The position numbers and the translations under genes were made by a program. This document shows, piece by piece, positions 26,042 through 36,432 of a DNA stretch of 64,000 bases. The DNA is from Patescibacteria group bacterium (GTDB lineage: Bacteria > Patescibacteriota > Doudnabacteria > UBA920 > O2-02-FULL-48-8), in the NCBI GenBank assembly GCA_036278915.1, contig DASUKB010000001.1:173186-237185 (forward strand), read 5' to 3'. The notes below the pieces were generated by a model, which ran no database searches, was not told the origin of the DNA, and saw only the letters and a list, made by a program, of their open reading frames with translations. How positions within the stretch are numbered: the stretch's first letter is position 1; every line of letters starts with the position of its first letter.

Positions 26042-27331
26042 ATGCCGATTCAGAAACAAAAACAACCAATTGCAGAGCCTAAAAATTACTGGCATATGCT
26101 TGGCCCTGGTCTCACCACTGGCGCGGCCGACGATGATCCGTCCGGAATTGCCACCTATACGCAGACAGGTGCGGCTTTTGGTTACCAATTCCTGTGGCTG
26201 GCGCTTTTGACATTTCCGTTTATGTCCATAATCCAGGAAATGTGCGCGCGCATTGGCATTGTCACGGGCCGTGGGCTGGCAGGAGCAATTCGGCGCAATT
26301 ATTCCACCACAATACTCTTTACCTGGGCCGGATTGCTGTTTGCCGCCAACGCCTTTAATCTTGGCGCGGATTTAGGCATGATGGCACGCGCTTTACAGCT
26401 TTTAGTGCACATTAACTTTGTGGTGGCGCTGCTGGCATTTGCGGCAATCAGTTTGTATCTGCAGATTTTTACAACATACGCGTCATACGCCAAAATTCTC
26501 AAATGGACCGCCTTCGTTCTTTTATCGTATGTGGTTTCGGGATTCATTGTCCATATCGATTGGGCACAGGCAGCGCACGCCCTAGTTTTGCCAAAACTGC
26601 ACTTTAACAAACAGACGTTTATAATCTTGGCTGCGGTGCTCGGAACCACGATTTCGCCGTATTTATTTTTTTGGCAGACTTCCCAGGAAGTTGAGGAGCA
26701 GATTCAGGAAGGAAAGAAAACGATCAAGCAGCGAGAAGCCCAGACGACAGCCGCAGACATCAAAGCCATGCGCGTGGATGTCTGGTCGGGCATGCTTTTA
26801 TCCAACGTCGTTATGTTTTTTATAATCGCAGTCTGCGCGGTTACGCTTTTTTCTCACGGCATCCACGACATAACCGATGCAACTCAGGCCGCCAGCGCGC
26901 TGAAGCCTTTGGCGGGAAATTTTGCATTTCTGCTGTTCAGCCTGGGGATAATCGGGACAGGACTTTTGGGAATTCCAGTTTTGGCTGGATCGTCTTCATA
27001 TGCAATATCGGAAAGTTTTGGCTGGCGGGAAGGCTTATACCGCAAATACAAACAAGCCCATGCATTTTATGGCGTGATCATAATATCGATGCTGGTGGGA
27101 TTGTGTATGAATTTTTTGCACGTCGGGGTTATCAAAATGCTCATTTATTCCGCGGTGCTCAACGGCTTGGTGGCGCCTTTTATATTGGCGATTATCGTGC
27201 ATCTGTCTTCAAACAAAAAAATAATGAAGCAGTGGACAAACCACCCGGCCGTCACCTGGGCGGGGTGGGCTATCACAGTTTTTATGGGATTTGTGGCCGT
27301 GGCCACTGTTTGGTTTCTTCTGGCCCCTTGA
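26042..27331 (+). CDS. mntH: NRAMP-family divalent metal (Mn2+/Fe2+) transporter
   Basis: 429 aa, about 11 TM helices. N-terminal GPGLTTGAADDDPSGIATY (DPGN-like motif region). Confidence 0.8.
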   Translation: MPIQKQKQPIAEPKNYWHMLGPGLTTGAADDDPSGIATYTQTGAAFGYQFLWLALLTFPFMSIIQEMCARIGIVTGRGLAGAIRRNYSTTILFTWAGLLFAANAFNLGADLGMMARALQLLVHINFVVALLAFAAISLYLQIFTTYASYAKILKWTAFVLLSYVVSGFIVHIDWAQAAHALVLPKLHFNKQTFIILAAVLGTTISPYLFFWQTSQEVEEQIQEGKKTIKQREAQTTAADIKAMRVDVWSGMLLSNVVMFFIIAVCAVTLFSHGIHDITDATQAASALKPLAGNFAFLLFSLGIIGTGLLGIPVLAGSSSYAISESFGWREGLYRKYKQAHAFYGVIIISMLVGLCMNFLHVGVIKMLIYSAVLNGLVAPFILAIIVHLSSNKKIMKQWTNHPAVTWAGWAITVFMGFVAVATVWFLLAP

Positions 27332-27335
27332 GGAG

Positions 27336-27364
27336 TTGACAATTTTGCTGATCCCGGTTAAGAT
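27336..27364 (+). promoter_or_regulatory. sigma70-like promoter TTGACA-17-TAAGAT for greA
   Basis: Read directly. About 58-nt leader to ATG 27423. Confidence 0.45.
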
Positions 27365-27422
27365 TTCCTCGTAAGATTGGCCCCCCGAATTCGGATTAGG
27401 GTCATTTATTAAATCTAAAAAA

Positions 27423-27884
27423 ATGTCAAAACAAGTGTTGCTCACTCAGGAAGGTCTCAAAAAGCTACAAGACGAATTACGGGTGCTTAAAGACGAGCGC
27501 CGCAAAGACGTTATAGAACGTATTCAGGAAGCCGTGGCACACGGCGATTTGTCCGAGAACGCGGACTACGCCCAGGCCAAAGAAGAGCAGGCGTTCATAG
27601 AGGGCCGGATTCAGGAAATAGAAGAGATGGTCAAAAATGCCGAGATCATCGCGCAGAACCGCAATCAGAATTTGGTCAGCATCGGATCCACTGTTACCGT
27701 GGGAGTTGCCGGCAAACAGCTTCAGTACACAATCGTAGGCTCGAACGAAGCCAACCCGGCCGCGGGTAAAATTTCAAACGAATCGCTGGTCGGGCGGGCG
27801 CTTTTGGGCGGCAAAATCGGTGACCGGATTCCGGTGACTACCCCTGCCGGAACCAGTGAATATGAGATCGTAAAAATTGGATAA
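27423..27884 (+). CDS. greA: transcription elongation factor GreA
   Basis: 153 aa. N-terminal coiled-coil with acidic tip DLSENADY, C-terminal FKBP-like domain. Confidence 0.9.
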   Translation: MSKQVLLTQEGLKKLQDELRVLKDERRKDVIERIQEAVAHGDLSENADYAQAKEEQAFIEGRIQEIEEMVKNAEIIAQNRNQNLVSIGSTVTVGVAGKQLQYTIVGSNEANPAAGKISNESLVGRALLGGKIGDRIPVTTPAGTSEYEIVKIG

Positions 27885-27890
27885 AACTTA

Positions 27891-27917
27891 AACCCGCTGA
27901 CCAGCGGGTTTTTTGCA
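27891..27917 (+). terminator. rho-independent terminator after greA
   Basis: AACCCGCTG-ACCA-GCGGGTT + TTTTT. Confidence 0.7.
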
Positions 27918-27928
27918 GGAAAAATAAA

Positions 27929-27952
27929 TCCCTTCTGATTCCTCAGAAGGGA
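27929..27952 (-). terminator. terminator for convergent minus-strand gene
   Basis: CCCTTCTGA-TTCC-TCAGAAGGG. On the minus strand it is followed by ATTTATTTTT. Confidence 0.5.
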
Positions 27953-27965
27953 TGGACAGCAGAAG

Positions 27966-28430
27966 CTAAAGAGCTGATGCCAGATACTCCGGGTGGGTGT
28001 AATCCAGTCTGAGTTTGAGCCCCTGCGCGTCTTTGCAGAAGCTAAAACTGGCTGAAAAGCCGACTTCGTCGTCCGTGAGATGGTCGGCAATGAACTGTCC
28101 TTTGACAGGTTCGTAAAGGTTTTGTCCGGCATACTTTCGAAACTGCACCGAGATCACCGATCCGCAGTTTGACCATTCGTCGGGGTAAAACAGGATGCTT
28201 TGCTCCGAAAAGTACTCTCCTCGGACAAAGCGAAATGGACAGAAAGATCCGCTGGCGGACAAGGGCTGCCAGTAAGGGAGCTTGGCGAACTTGGTATTGA
28301 GTGCCAGAACTGCCTCGCGAACATCCTGCCGCATATCCTCCGATTCTTTCAGGTGCATAGGAGCCTCCTTTTCCATTGCCAGGGTATTGTAGGCAGTTCC
28401 AACCCGCTTGTCCAGTTTTGAAATCAGCAT
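27966..28430 (-). CDS. hypothetical protein (154 aa), GC-richer than neighbours
   Basis: Clean ORF between two terminators and a divergent promoter region. No family recognised. Confidence 0.5.
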   Translation of the reverse strand: MLISKLDKRVGTAYNTLAMEKEAPMHLKESEDMRQDVREAVLALNTKFAKLPYWQPLSASGSFCPFRFVRGEYFSEQSILFYPDEWSNCGSVISVQFRKYAGQNLYEPVKGQFIADHLTDDEVGFSASFSFCKDAQGLKLRLDYTHPEYLASAL

Positions 28431-28436
28431 AGCTTA

Positions 28437-28445
28437 TGGTATAAT
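28437..28445 (+). promoter_or_regulatory. extended -10 TGgTATAAT for lysS
   Basis: cttaTGGTATAATtatac, 22 nt before ATG 28468. Confidence 0.4.
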
Positions 28446-28467
28446 TATACATATTAAACAGCCATAA

Positions 28468-29919
28468 ATGACAGAAAAAATAGAAGAATTACGCAAAGTT
28501 CGCATACAAAAACTCGAACAACTCAAAAATTTGGGGGTGGACCCATATCCTGTAGATTCAGAACGCTCCCAGACTGTTGGTCAAGCAATCAAAAATTTTG
28601 AACAGCTGGCAGGGGATCAAACTAAACTCACACTGGCCGGTCGCGTCAAATCGATCCGCATCCACGGCAAACTGATTTTTGGCAATCTTGAGGACGAAAC
28701 CGGTTCGACGCAGTTTTTGCTGCGCGCGGACGTGGTGGGCGAAAAATTATTCCAGGAGTTTGATTTTTTTGACATTGGAGATTTTTTGCAAACCACGGGA
28801 CACATGAGCCTGTCCAAAACCGGAGAGAAAACTTTGGAAGTTGAAACTTATAAACTCCTGGCCAAATCTCTGCGGCCGATTCCTGCCGAATATTTCGGCC
28901 TCAAAGATTTGGAAACTCGCTTGCGCAAAAGATATCTGGATTTGCTCACCAATTCTGAAACTCGCGAATTGTTCCGCAAAAAAATGATTTTTTGGAAAAC
29001 TATCCGCGATTTTTTGGAAGGGCGTGAATTTTTGGAAGTTCAGGTTCCCGTATTTGAATCAGTCCCCGGCGGCGCGGAAGCCGAACCGTTTGTAACGCGC
29101 CACAATGCCTTAAACCAAGATTTCTATTTGCGCATCAGTTTGGAACTGCCGCTTAAGAAATTAGTTGTCGGCGGGTTTGAAAAAGTTTTTGAAATCGGCC
29201 GAGTTTTCCGCAACGAAGGCGTATCCACCGAACATTTGCAGGACTACACCCAAATGGAATTTTACTGGGCGTATTCCGAATACAATCAACTTATGGATAT
29301 GGTCCAGCAAATGTACCAAACCACGATTCAAAATATCACGGGCGGACTCAAAACTACTTACGACGGCCAGGAAATCGACTGGAGCGGAGACTGGCCGAAA
29401 CTCCGTTACTTTGATTTGTTTGGAAAACATACCGGACTTGATTTGAATACGGTTTCCGACAGCGACTTGCGCGAATACACTAAAGCCGAACATATAAAAA
29501 TTGAAGCCAACCAGGGCCGCGGCCGGCTGATTGATTTGATTTATAAAAAGAAAGTCCGCCCGATGCTGGTTCAGCCTTGTTTCCTTATTAATCCACCAGT
29601 TGAGATTGAGCCCTTGGCCAAAAAAGATCCGAAGAACCCGAAAGAAGTCCAGCGCATGCAAATTTTGGCTGGCGGCACGGAGCTTGGCAAAGGGTTTTCC
29701 GAATTGAATGATCCGCTGGACCAGCGCGCGAGATTTGAACAGCAAATGAAATTGCGCGAGACAGGCGACAAGGAAGCCCAAATGCTCGATGAGGATTATC
29801 TTGAAGCTATGGAGTACGGCATGCCGCCCATGGCCGGATTTGGACTTTCCGAAAGATTATTTGCGGTAATTATGGACAAATCCGTGCGCGAAACCACGAT
29901 TTTCCCACCGATGAAATAG
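28468..29919 (+). CDS. lysS: lysyl-tRNA synthetase, class II
   Basis: 483 aa. N-terminal OB anticodon-binding domain, motif 2 FRNEG, motif 3 GGxGxGxxR-like (GFGLSERL). Confidence 0.9.
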   Translation: MTEKIEELRKVRIQKLEQLKNLGVDPYPVDSERSQTVGQAIKNFEQLAGDQTKLTLAGRVKSIRIHGKLIFGNLEDETGSTQFLLRADVVGEKLFQEFDFFDIGDFLQTTGHMSLSKTGEKTLEVETYKLLAKSLRPIPAEYFGLKDLETRLRKRYLDLLTNSETRELFRKKMIFWKTIRDFLEGREFLEVQVPVFESVPGGAEAEPFVTRHNALNQDFYLRISLELPLKKLVVGGFEKVFEIGRVFRNEGVSTEHLQDYTQMEFYWAYSEYNQLMDMVQQMYQTTIQNITGGLKTTYDGQEIDWSGDWPKLRYFDLFGKHTGLDLNTVSDSDLREYTKAEHIKIEANQGRGRLIDLIYKKKVRPMLVQPCFLINPPVEIEPLAKKDPKNPKEVQRMQILAGGTELGKGFSELNDPLDQRARFEQQMKLRETGDKEAQMLDEDYLEAMEYGMPPMAGFGLSERLFAVIMDKSVRETTIFPPMK

Positions 29920-29922
29920 ACT

Positions 29923-30516
29923 ATGAAGAAACTTTTGATTGGCACAACCAACAAGGCCAAATTTGCGGAATATAAAAAGCTGCTTTCCGATCTGCCTATG
30001 GAATTGGCCAGCCTTTCGGATTTGGGTATTGCGGAAAAACCGGAAGAAACCGGCAAAACTTTTGAAGAAAATGCGATTATCAAGGCTAAATTTTATTATG
30101 CCAAATCGGGGATACCAACATTGGTGGATGACGGAGGGTTGGAAATAGAGGCGCTCAATGGCGAACCCGGCGTGAAAAGCCACCGCTGGATCGGCCGCGA
30201 AATGAGCGACGACGAAATTATCACGGAAGTAATGAAGCGTATGGAAGGAAAAACCAATCGCGGCTGCCGGTTCAATCTTGTTTTGGCTCTTGCCACGCCG
30301 TTTGGAATTATGACATCCGACGCGGCAGTTGAGGGCGTGATCGCAGAAGCGGCGTCTGGCAAAAAAATTGAAGGATTACCGTACCGTTCGCTGATGTATT
30401 TTCCCAATTACGATAAATATTACTGCGATCTTTCCGACAAAGAGCATGAAATATTAAATCACAGAAAACACGCGTTGGATAAAATTAAAGATATGTTTGT
30501 GGAAATTAGTAAATAG
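29923..30516 (+). CDS. rdgB: non-canonical purine NTP pyrophosphatase (RdgB/Ham1 family)
   Basis: GTTNKAKFAE matches the T-x-N-x-x-K Ham1 signature. 197 aa. Confidence 0.85.
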   Translation: MKKLLIGTTNKAKFAEYKKLLSDLPMELASLSDLGIAEKPEETGKTFEENAIIKAKFYYAKSGIPTLVDDGGLEIEALNGEPGVKSHRWIGREMSDDEIITEVMKRMEGKTNRGCRFNLVLALATPFGIMTSDAAVEGVIAEAASGKKIEGLPYRSLMYFPNYDKYYCDLSDKEHEILNHRKHALDKIKDMFVEISK

Positions 30517-30545
30517 TAATGAGTAATTAGTAACGAGTAACGAGA

Positions 30546-31808
30546 ATGCTAGATATAAAATACATCCGGGAGCACGCGGACGAGATTAAGCAAAACAATA
30601 AAAATCGCGGAGTTGATGTAAATGTCGATCGGCTTTTGGATTTGGACACCCTTCGACGCGACCACATTAAACAAATCGATGAATTGCGCGCGCAAAGGAA
30701 TCAATCTTCAAAAGGCAAGCCGAGCAAAGAAGAAATAGATAAAATGCGCAAAGTAGGCGACGAGGTCCAAAAATTAGAGTCAGATCTGGCGAAAATTGAT
30801 ATTGAGTACCATGAACTTTTTGCCAGGATCCCAAATCTCACTCATCCGGATTCGCCAGTAGGCGGCGAAGAAGATTTCAAAGTTTTGGAAACGCACGGCG
30901 AGAAGCCAAAATTTGATTTTGAACCCAAAGACCATGAACAACTCATGCTGGATTTGGGTGTAATTGATTTCGAACGTGGAGCTAAAGTTGCGGCCAGTAA
31001 ATTTTATTTCGCCAAAGCAGATCTGGTGCGCTTAAACTGGGCGCTGGTAACCTACGGTGCGGAAATGGCGGCCCGGCACGGTTTTGTGCTCATGGAAACG
31101 CCAGATATGGCCAAAAATGAGATTTTGTCGGGGATTGGTTTTAACCCGCGAGGTGAAGAAAAACAAGTTTATAACATCGCGGATTCTGACCTAAGCCTTA
31201 TTGGCACGGCGGAGATTACAGTCGGCGGGTTTCATTCGGGTGAGGTCTTGGATTTATCCGATGGCCCCAAAAAATACGCTGCCATCTCGCATTGTTTCCG
31301 CACCGAAGCCGGAGCGTATGGCCGGACAAGCAAGGGGTTGTACAGGGTCCACCAATTTACAAAATTGGAATTGTTTGTGTTCTGCAAACCAGAGGAATCA
31401 GAAAGATATCACCAGGAAATTTTGGAAATCGAAAAGGAAATTGTGAACGGTCTGGGTCTGCCGTACCAAGTTATAGATATTCCAACTGGCGATCTTGGGG
31501 GGCCGGCATATCGCAAATACGATATTGAAGCTTGGATGATTATGAAGGACGGGCCGGCCTCACCGACAGGGGAGTATGGTGAAATCACTTCAGCTTCCAA
31601 CTGCACCGATTATCAAGCGCGGCGGCTCAATATTAAGTACCGTAAAAACGATGGGGCTACTGAATATGTCCACACTCTGAATGGCACGGCAATTGTCACC
31701 AGCAGATTTCCCATCGCCATTTTTGAAAATTTCCAGACAGCCGACGGATCGATTCTTGTGCCCGAAGTCTTGCGCAAATATTTAGGCAAAGAGCGTATAA
31801 GCAAATGA
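30546..31808 (+). CDS. serS: seryl-tRNA synthetase
   Basis: 420 aa. N-terminal coiled-coil arm, class II core with FRTEAG-like motif 2 (CFRTEAGAYG). Confidence 0.9.
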   Translation: MLDIKYIREHADEIKQNNKNRGVDVNVDRLLDLDTLRRDHIKQIDELRAQRNQSSKGKPSKEEIDKMRKVGDEVQKLESDLAKIDIEYHELFARIPNLTHPDSPVGGEEDFKVLETHGEKPKFDFEPKDHEQLMLDLGVIDFERGAKVAASKFYFAKADLVRLNWALVTYGAEMAARHGFVLMETPDMAKNEILSGIGFNPRGEEKQVYNIADSDLSLIGTAEITVGGFHSGEVLDLSDGPKKYAAISHCFRTEAGAYGRTSKGLYRVHQFTKLELFVFCKPEESERYHQEILEIEKEIVNGLGLPYQVIDIPTGDLGGPAYRKYDIEAWMIMKDGPASPTGEYGEITSASNCTDYQARRLNIKYRKNDGATEYVHTLNGTAIVTSRFPIAIFENFQTADGSILVPEVLRKYLGKERISK

Positions 31809-33079
31809 GAAAAGTTCTGGAGACAATTCTTGCCGCGTACGCAAGATGGGCTTTGGCATTGCATAAGCCGCAGATTGTGGGCATAACCGGAAGCGTGGGC
31901 AAGTCTTCGGCTAAAGATGCCATAAGCTTGGTGCTTTCGCAAAAATTTTCCGTGGGCGCTACCGCAGGCAATTTCAACAGCCAGATTGGACTGCCCTTGG
32001 CGGTGCTGGGAATTAAAAAGAGCGGCGGATTCAAAAAAAATCTTGCGTCTGTTTTTGGCTGGTTGTGGATTATAATTTCCGCGCCTTTTGGGATTTTAAA
32101 ACGAGATTTTCCAAAAATTTTGGTTTTGGAAATGGGTACGGATCATCCAGGCGACATAACGGGTCTTCTGAACATCACAGGCCCGCTTTCCTCCGCAGTC
32201 CTCACGGATATTGGCATCAGCCATATGGAATTTTTTCCAAGCCGGGAAGCTTTGGCAAAAGAAAAGCTTTCAATATTGAAAGGGCTTAAAAATTCCGGCA
32301 TTGCGATTTTGAATGCCGACAATTCCAAGGTTCTAGAGGGCAAATCAAAAGTTCCGAACACGTTAACATATGGATTTGGCCCCGCAGATGTTCAAGCGCA
32401 TAATTTTCATTACACGGTCAGAGATGGCCGACCTGGCATTGTTTTTTTTGTACAAACCGCGAAAGATTCCAGGGAATTTTTTATTCCCAACGCCGTGGGC
32501 AAACCCGCGGCTTACGCGGCGCTTGGAGCCACAGCCGTTGGCCTGTCCTTCGGTTTGGATCTGCAAGAGGTTGCAAAAGCCTTGGAAAATTATCATCAGC
32601 CAGCAGGACGCTTGCAGATAATCAGCGGCGCAAATGGTTCCACGATAATTGACGATACATATAATGCCTCGCCATCATCAGTTATCGCGGCTTTGGAGGC
32701 TTTAAGCGAAGTTTCCTCCACACGTCAATTGGTAAGCCTGGGTCATATGGCGGAGCTTGGGAGTGAATCCGAATCCGGTCACAGGCAAGTTGCAGACAAG
32801 CTTGCGGCTATGAAGCCGGATATAATTTTTCTAGTCGGTGAAAAAACCAAAACTATTGAGAGTGAATTAAAAAATCGGCAATTTGCGGGCCAGGTATTCT
32901 GGTTCCCGGATTCCGATGCGGCCAAGATTTCCGTAAAACAGAATTTGCTTGCCGGCGATTGGATTTTGGTGAAAGGCTCACAGTCAGCGCGCATGGAGAA
33001 AATTGTTAAAGCGATTATGCGTAATCCGTTGGACGCGCCCAAACTTTTGGTGCGTCAGTCAAAACAGTGGCAAAGGTAA
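31805..33079 (+). CDS. murF: Mur ligase family, probably UDP-MurNAc-tripeptide D-Ala-D-Ala ligase MurF
   Basis: GITGSVGKSS P-loop. IDDTYNASPSSV (MurF-like IDD-x-YNANP). ATGA overlap with serS stop. Confidence 0.75.
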   Translation: MRKVLETILAAYARWALALHKPQIVGITGSVGKSSAKDAISLVLSQKFSVGATAGNFNSQIGLPLAVLGIKKSGGFKKNLASVFGWLWIIISAPFGILKRDFPKILVLEMGTDHPGDITGLLNITGPLSSAVLTDIGISHMEFFPSREALAKEKLSILKGLKNSGIAILNADNSKVLEGKSKVPNTLTYGFGPADVQAHNFHYTVRDGRPGIVFFVQTAKDSREFFIPNAVGKPAAYAALGATAVGLSFGLDLQEVAKALENYHQPAGRLQIISGANGSTIIDDTYNASPSSVIAALEALSEVSSTRQLVSLGHMAELGSESESGHRQVADKLAAMKPDIIFLVGEKTKTIESELKNRQFAGQVFWFPDSDAAKISVKQNLLAGDWILVKGSQSARMEKIVKAIMRNPLDAPKLLVRQSKQWQR

Positions 33080-33085
33080 ATTTAT

Positions 33086-33166
33086 TCCCTCACCCCAGAC
33101 AGATTTCGGCAGCAAATGAGGGAGTGAATCTCTCTCCCCCAGATGGGAGAGGGGGAGTTCTAAAAG
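33086..33166 (+). promoter_or_regulatory. leader element copy 5 (TCCCTCACCCC box, CTCTCCCCC/GGGAGAGGGGG hairpin, AGTTCTAAAAG)
   Basis: Same architecture as copies 4 and 6. 13 nt before ATG 33179. Confidence 0.5.
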
Positions 33167-33178
33167 TAGATAAACCTA

Positions 33179-34180
33179 ATGAAAATTTTCTCAAAGCATC
33201 GCAAAAAATTAGAGCCACATCGGCGGTTTGGCAGTCGTGAATTCCAGTCCAAACTCACGAGTGCCAAGAACTATAAGCGAAACTTGGGCCTCAAATCTCG
33301 TGGTTCAGCCCTGGCCGATATTTTTTCCAAAACCGGCTTGTCCAAAGCCGGCACGTTTGCGGCTTTGCTGGTTTTGGCCGGGATTATTTATTTTGCGGCC
33401 TTTTCTCCTTATTTTTTGGTTAAAGACATAAATGTTTCCGGCAACTCGCGGATACCGAGCCAAACAATTGTCTCAGAAATTGACTCACTGTCGCAGAAAA
33501 GATTTTTTTTGGTACCGGAAAATAGCCTGCTTTTTCTAAGCCAAGGTCGGCTGAGTGGAATTTTTAAGAAAAATCTGCCGGATATTTCGGAAGTTATATT
33601 ATCGCGCCACTGGCCGGATAAAATCAGCCTGCAGGTGACAGAGCGCAATCCAAGTTTCGTACTTTCGGCAACCGGAGAAAATTTTTTGGTGGACGACCAG
33701 GGATTCGTCATTCGCCAAGTAGTCCAAAATCCCAACTTGCTTCAAGTCGCCGATCAGGTGAGTGAGGATGTATCCCCGGGTTCAACCATAGGCGGCAAAA
33801 TTGTGCCATTTATAGTTTCCATGCAAAAACAATGGCCTGGCAAAATAACCATCCCCATCGCTTCCGCCAAAATTCCCGGGAAAGCGGCTTCCGAGGTGGA
33901 GTTTGTGTCCACGGAGGGGTGGTCAGTCCTGTTTTCCACGGACTTGCCTGTGGCAACCCAGCTGGATAGCCTTCAGCTGCTTTTAAGCCGACAGATAACG
34001 CCAGCAAATCGGGCGAAGCTTTCGTACATAGACTTGCGGCTGGCTAAGTGGGCTTACTATTGTTACAAAGACACTCCTTGCCAGCAAACATCCGAGCAAT
34101 CACAGGCGGCAATTGGTCCGCAGGCTCCCGTGACCGGATCAAGCACCCGGCAGACGCAAAATTCCGATACATCCGAATAG
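33179..34180 (+). CDS. ftsQ: FtsQ/DivIB-like cell-division protein (POTRA domain)
   Basis: Basic N-terminus, single TM (FAALLVLAGIIYFAAF), POTRA-like region VKDINVSGNSRIPSQTIV. Confidence 0.6.
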   Translation: MKIFSKHRKKLEPHRRFGSREFQSKLTSAKNYKRNLGLKSRGSALADIFSKTGLSKAGTFAALLVLAGIIYFAAFSPYFLVKDINVSGNSRIPSQTIVSEIDSLSQKRFFLVPENSLLFLSQGRLSGIFKKNLPDISEVILSRHWPDKISLQVTERNPSFVLSATGENFLVDDQGFVIRQVVQNPNLLQVADQVSEDVSPGSTIGGKIVPFIVSMQKQWPGKITIPIASAKIPGKAASEVEFVSTEGWSVLFSTDLPVATQLDSLQLLLSRQITPANRAKLSYIDLRLAKWAYYCYKDTPCQQTSEQSQAAIGPQAPVTGSSTRQTQNSDTSE

Positions 34181-34229
34181 CTTCCGGTATTGTTACAAGA
34201 TGTGTTAAGATTCGTAATTAATACCGTAA

Positions 34230-34817
34230 GTGTGCTGGCAAAAAAGGACAAAACATCTGACAGAACAAGAGGCAATCAAAAAAATTGTGGCAGGAGACTC
34301 CGAAGCGTTTGGTGTCCTGTACGATATGTATATCGAACGCATTTATAGGTTCGTCTATTTCCGGACGCATCACAAACAGACCGCCGAAGACCTGACCAGC
34401 ATCGTGTTTACCAAAGCTTTCAGTAAGTTTGGAAGCTTTGATACCAGAGTAAGTTTCTCCACATGGATTTTCAGCATCGCCCGCAACACTTGTATAGATT
34501 TTTACCGGACAGCCAAGCCGGTAGCAGACTTGGAAACAGCGCCTGATGTGGCAGAACCTTCCAACCTGGCGCGGGATTACGAACTTCGGGAAAAAGTTCA
34601 GCAGGTCAAAGCCTACTTGGAGACGCTTGCGCCCGATCAGCGCGAACTGGTTATAATGCGCCTCTGGGAAGGATTTTCCTACGATGAGATTGCCCGCATC
34701 ACCGGCAAAAAAAGCGCTAATTTGCGCGTGACATTCAGCCGGATTATAGCCCGCATGCAGAAGGAAATTACATTTGCATTAATTTTGTTTGCAATTATTT
34801 TTAAGAAATATTTATGA
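34230..34817 (+). CDS. ECF-type sigma-70 family RNA polymerase sigma factor
   Basis: Region 2 (YDMYIERIYRFVYFRT...FSTWIFSIARNTCIDFYR) and region 4 HTH (ELVIMRLWEGFSYDEIARITGKK). GTG start. Confidence 0.8.
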   Translation: MCWQKRTKHLTEQEAIKKIVAGDSEAFGVLYDMYIERIYRFVYFRTHHKQTAEDLTSIVFTKAFSKFGSFDTRVSFSTWIFSIARNTCIDFYRTAKPVADLETAPDVAEPSNLARDYELREKVQQVKAYLETLAPDQRELVIMRLWEGFSYDEIARITGKKSANLRVTFSRIIARMQKEITFALILFAIIFKKYL

Positions 34818-36322
34818 ACGAACAAATTTCGCGGATTATAGAAGAATTAAAGGCTCTGGATCCGCAGTTTGGGCAATATCCTGACGAACTGGAGAAAATT
34901 TTGTTAAGCCTCCTGGCTGTGCGGCCTGATCCGAAAGTTGATCCGGAGTTTGTCCGGACGCTTAAATCACAGCTGCTTCAAAAACTTTCGCGCCAAAAGG
35001 CTGCCGGGTTTTGGCACGGTTTATTTACGAAAAAATTAGCCTGGAGCGCGGCCGCTCTGGCGCTGGTTGTGGTGGCAGCTGTGGCTGCGTTGGGAATTTA
35101 TAGTTCAAAAAAGCAGTCTTCGGCATTGAGTTTTGGTTCGGATGTGCGCGTGGTGCATACCGTCGATGGCGCTTTTGGCAATCTCGCCACGCTTACCGCG
35201 GCATCATCGGGCGCGCAAGGGACATCAAATGCTCTGTCTATGCCCGAATCTGACATTCAGGTGAACTCCGGTGTGGGTGTCTCGTCTGCTCCGTCTAAAC
35301 TAATTGCACCTTATCAGCCGGTAAATTATAAGTATGTCTATAAAGGCGATTCGCTTAATTTGCCCTCGTCTAAACTCGACGTGCTCAAAAAACAATCTCC
35401 GGACAGCACCGCGCTTACGCAGAGCCTGTCTACGCTTGGGTTAGGACTTCTGGACTTAAATTCCTTTTCCGGAAGCAAAATCCAGTCTGTGAATTTCTCC
35501 CAGGACAATGGCTACAATTTGTACGTGGACTTAAATTCGGGCACAGTTTCCATTTCCGGTGGTTTTTATGCCGTGCCGCTAGCTTCAGACAGCGTGGTGA
35601 GCCAGCTTTGCACTCAATCCGGCTGCCCAGGGCCTGCACCTATTTCTCAGTCGGATATTCCGGATGATGCCACGCTTATTTCCATAGCCAACCAATTTTT
35701 GTCCGACCACGGAATCGCAACGTCGATTTATGGTGCGCCCGAAGTCGATGATCGTTTCGGGGTTCAAAATGAGACCATAATGGGCGCAAACCCCAAGACG
35801 CAGATTTTCTGGCCGGACAACGTAAGCATTGTCTATCCGTTTAAAGTGGGAGACAGTGAAGTTTATGACGAGTCCGGCAGCAAGACAGGGCTTTTAGTGG
35901 ACGTGGATGTGAGAAACCGGAAGGTTTCGAATGTCTCAAATTTATCCACGCAGGAGTACCAGGCCTCAAGTTATGACGCGGAAACCGATGCGGACGCAAT
36001 TATTAAGTCTGCGGAATCTGGTGGTATGTACGGTAATTTTGGCGGCTCGGAGGGCGCCAAAACTGTGGAGTTGGATTTGGGCACGCCAGTACAATCGTTC
36101 GTGCAAATGTGGGACTATCAAATGAACAGTTCGCAAGAGCTGCTTGTGCCCGCGCTAATTTTCCCCATCACCAACGCGCCTACCGACGGCAGTTTCTACC
36201 AAAAAGCAGTCGTGGTGCCTCTCATTTCGGACATTTTGAAGGAAAATTCCGGTCCGGTGAAAATCTTGAACGGCAATTCCGGTTCCGGCATTTCGGTTCC
36301 GCCAATAGCTCCGGCAAAATAA
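34814..36322 (+). CDS. putative anti-sigma factor: single-pass membrane protein with large extracytoplasmic domain
   Basis: ATGA overlap with sigma gene. Cytoplasmic N-helix, TM LAWSAAALALVVVAAVAALGIY, then about 400-aa Ser/Gly-rich domain. Confidence 0.5.
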   Translation: MNEQISRIIEELKALDPQFGQYPDELEKILLSLLAVRPDPKVDPEFVRTLKSQLLQKLSRQKAAGFWHGLFTKKLAWSAAALALVVVAAVAALGIYSSKKQSSALSFGSDVRVVHTVDGAFGNLATLTAASSGAQGTSNALSMPESDIQVNSGVGVSSAPSKLIAPYQPVNYKYVYKGDSLNLPSSKLDVLKKQSPDSTALTQSLSTLGLGLLDLNSFSGSKIQSVNFSQDNGYNLYVDLNSGTVSISGGFYAVPLASDSVVSQLCTQSGCPGPAPISQSDIPDDATLISIANQFLSDHGIATSIYGAPEVDDRFGVQNETIMGANPKTQIFWPDNVSIVYPFKVGDSEVYDESGSKTGLLVDVDVRNRKVSNVSNLSTQEYQASSYDAETDADAIIKSAESGGMYGNFGGSEGAKTVELDLGTPVQSFVQMWDYQMNSSQELLVPALIFPITNAPTDGSFYQKAVVVPLISDILKENSGPVKILNGNSGSGISVPPIAPAK

Positions 36323-36334
36323 GGAAAGCAAAAA

Positions 36335-36368
36335 GACAGAGCCTGATTCCAGGTCTGTTTTTTTTCTG
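36335..36368 (+). terminator. rho-independent terminator
   Basis: ACAGAGCCTG-ATTC-CAGGTCTGT + TTTTTTTT. Confidence 0.6.
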
Positions 36369-36432
36369 CTTGAAAATTGCCGCAAATTTTGTAAAGATAC
36401 TGGCAGACAACGAGGCAGGAGGAATTTAGGAC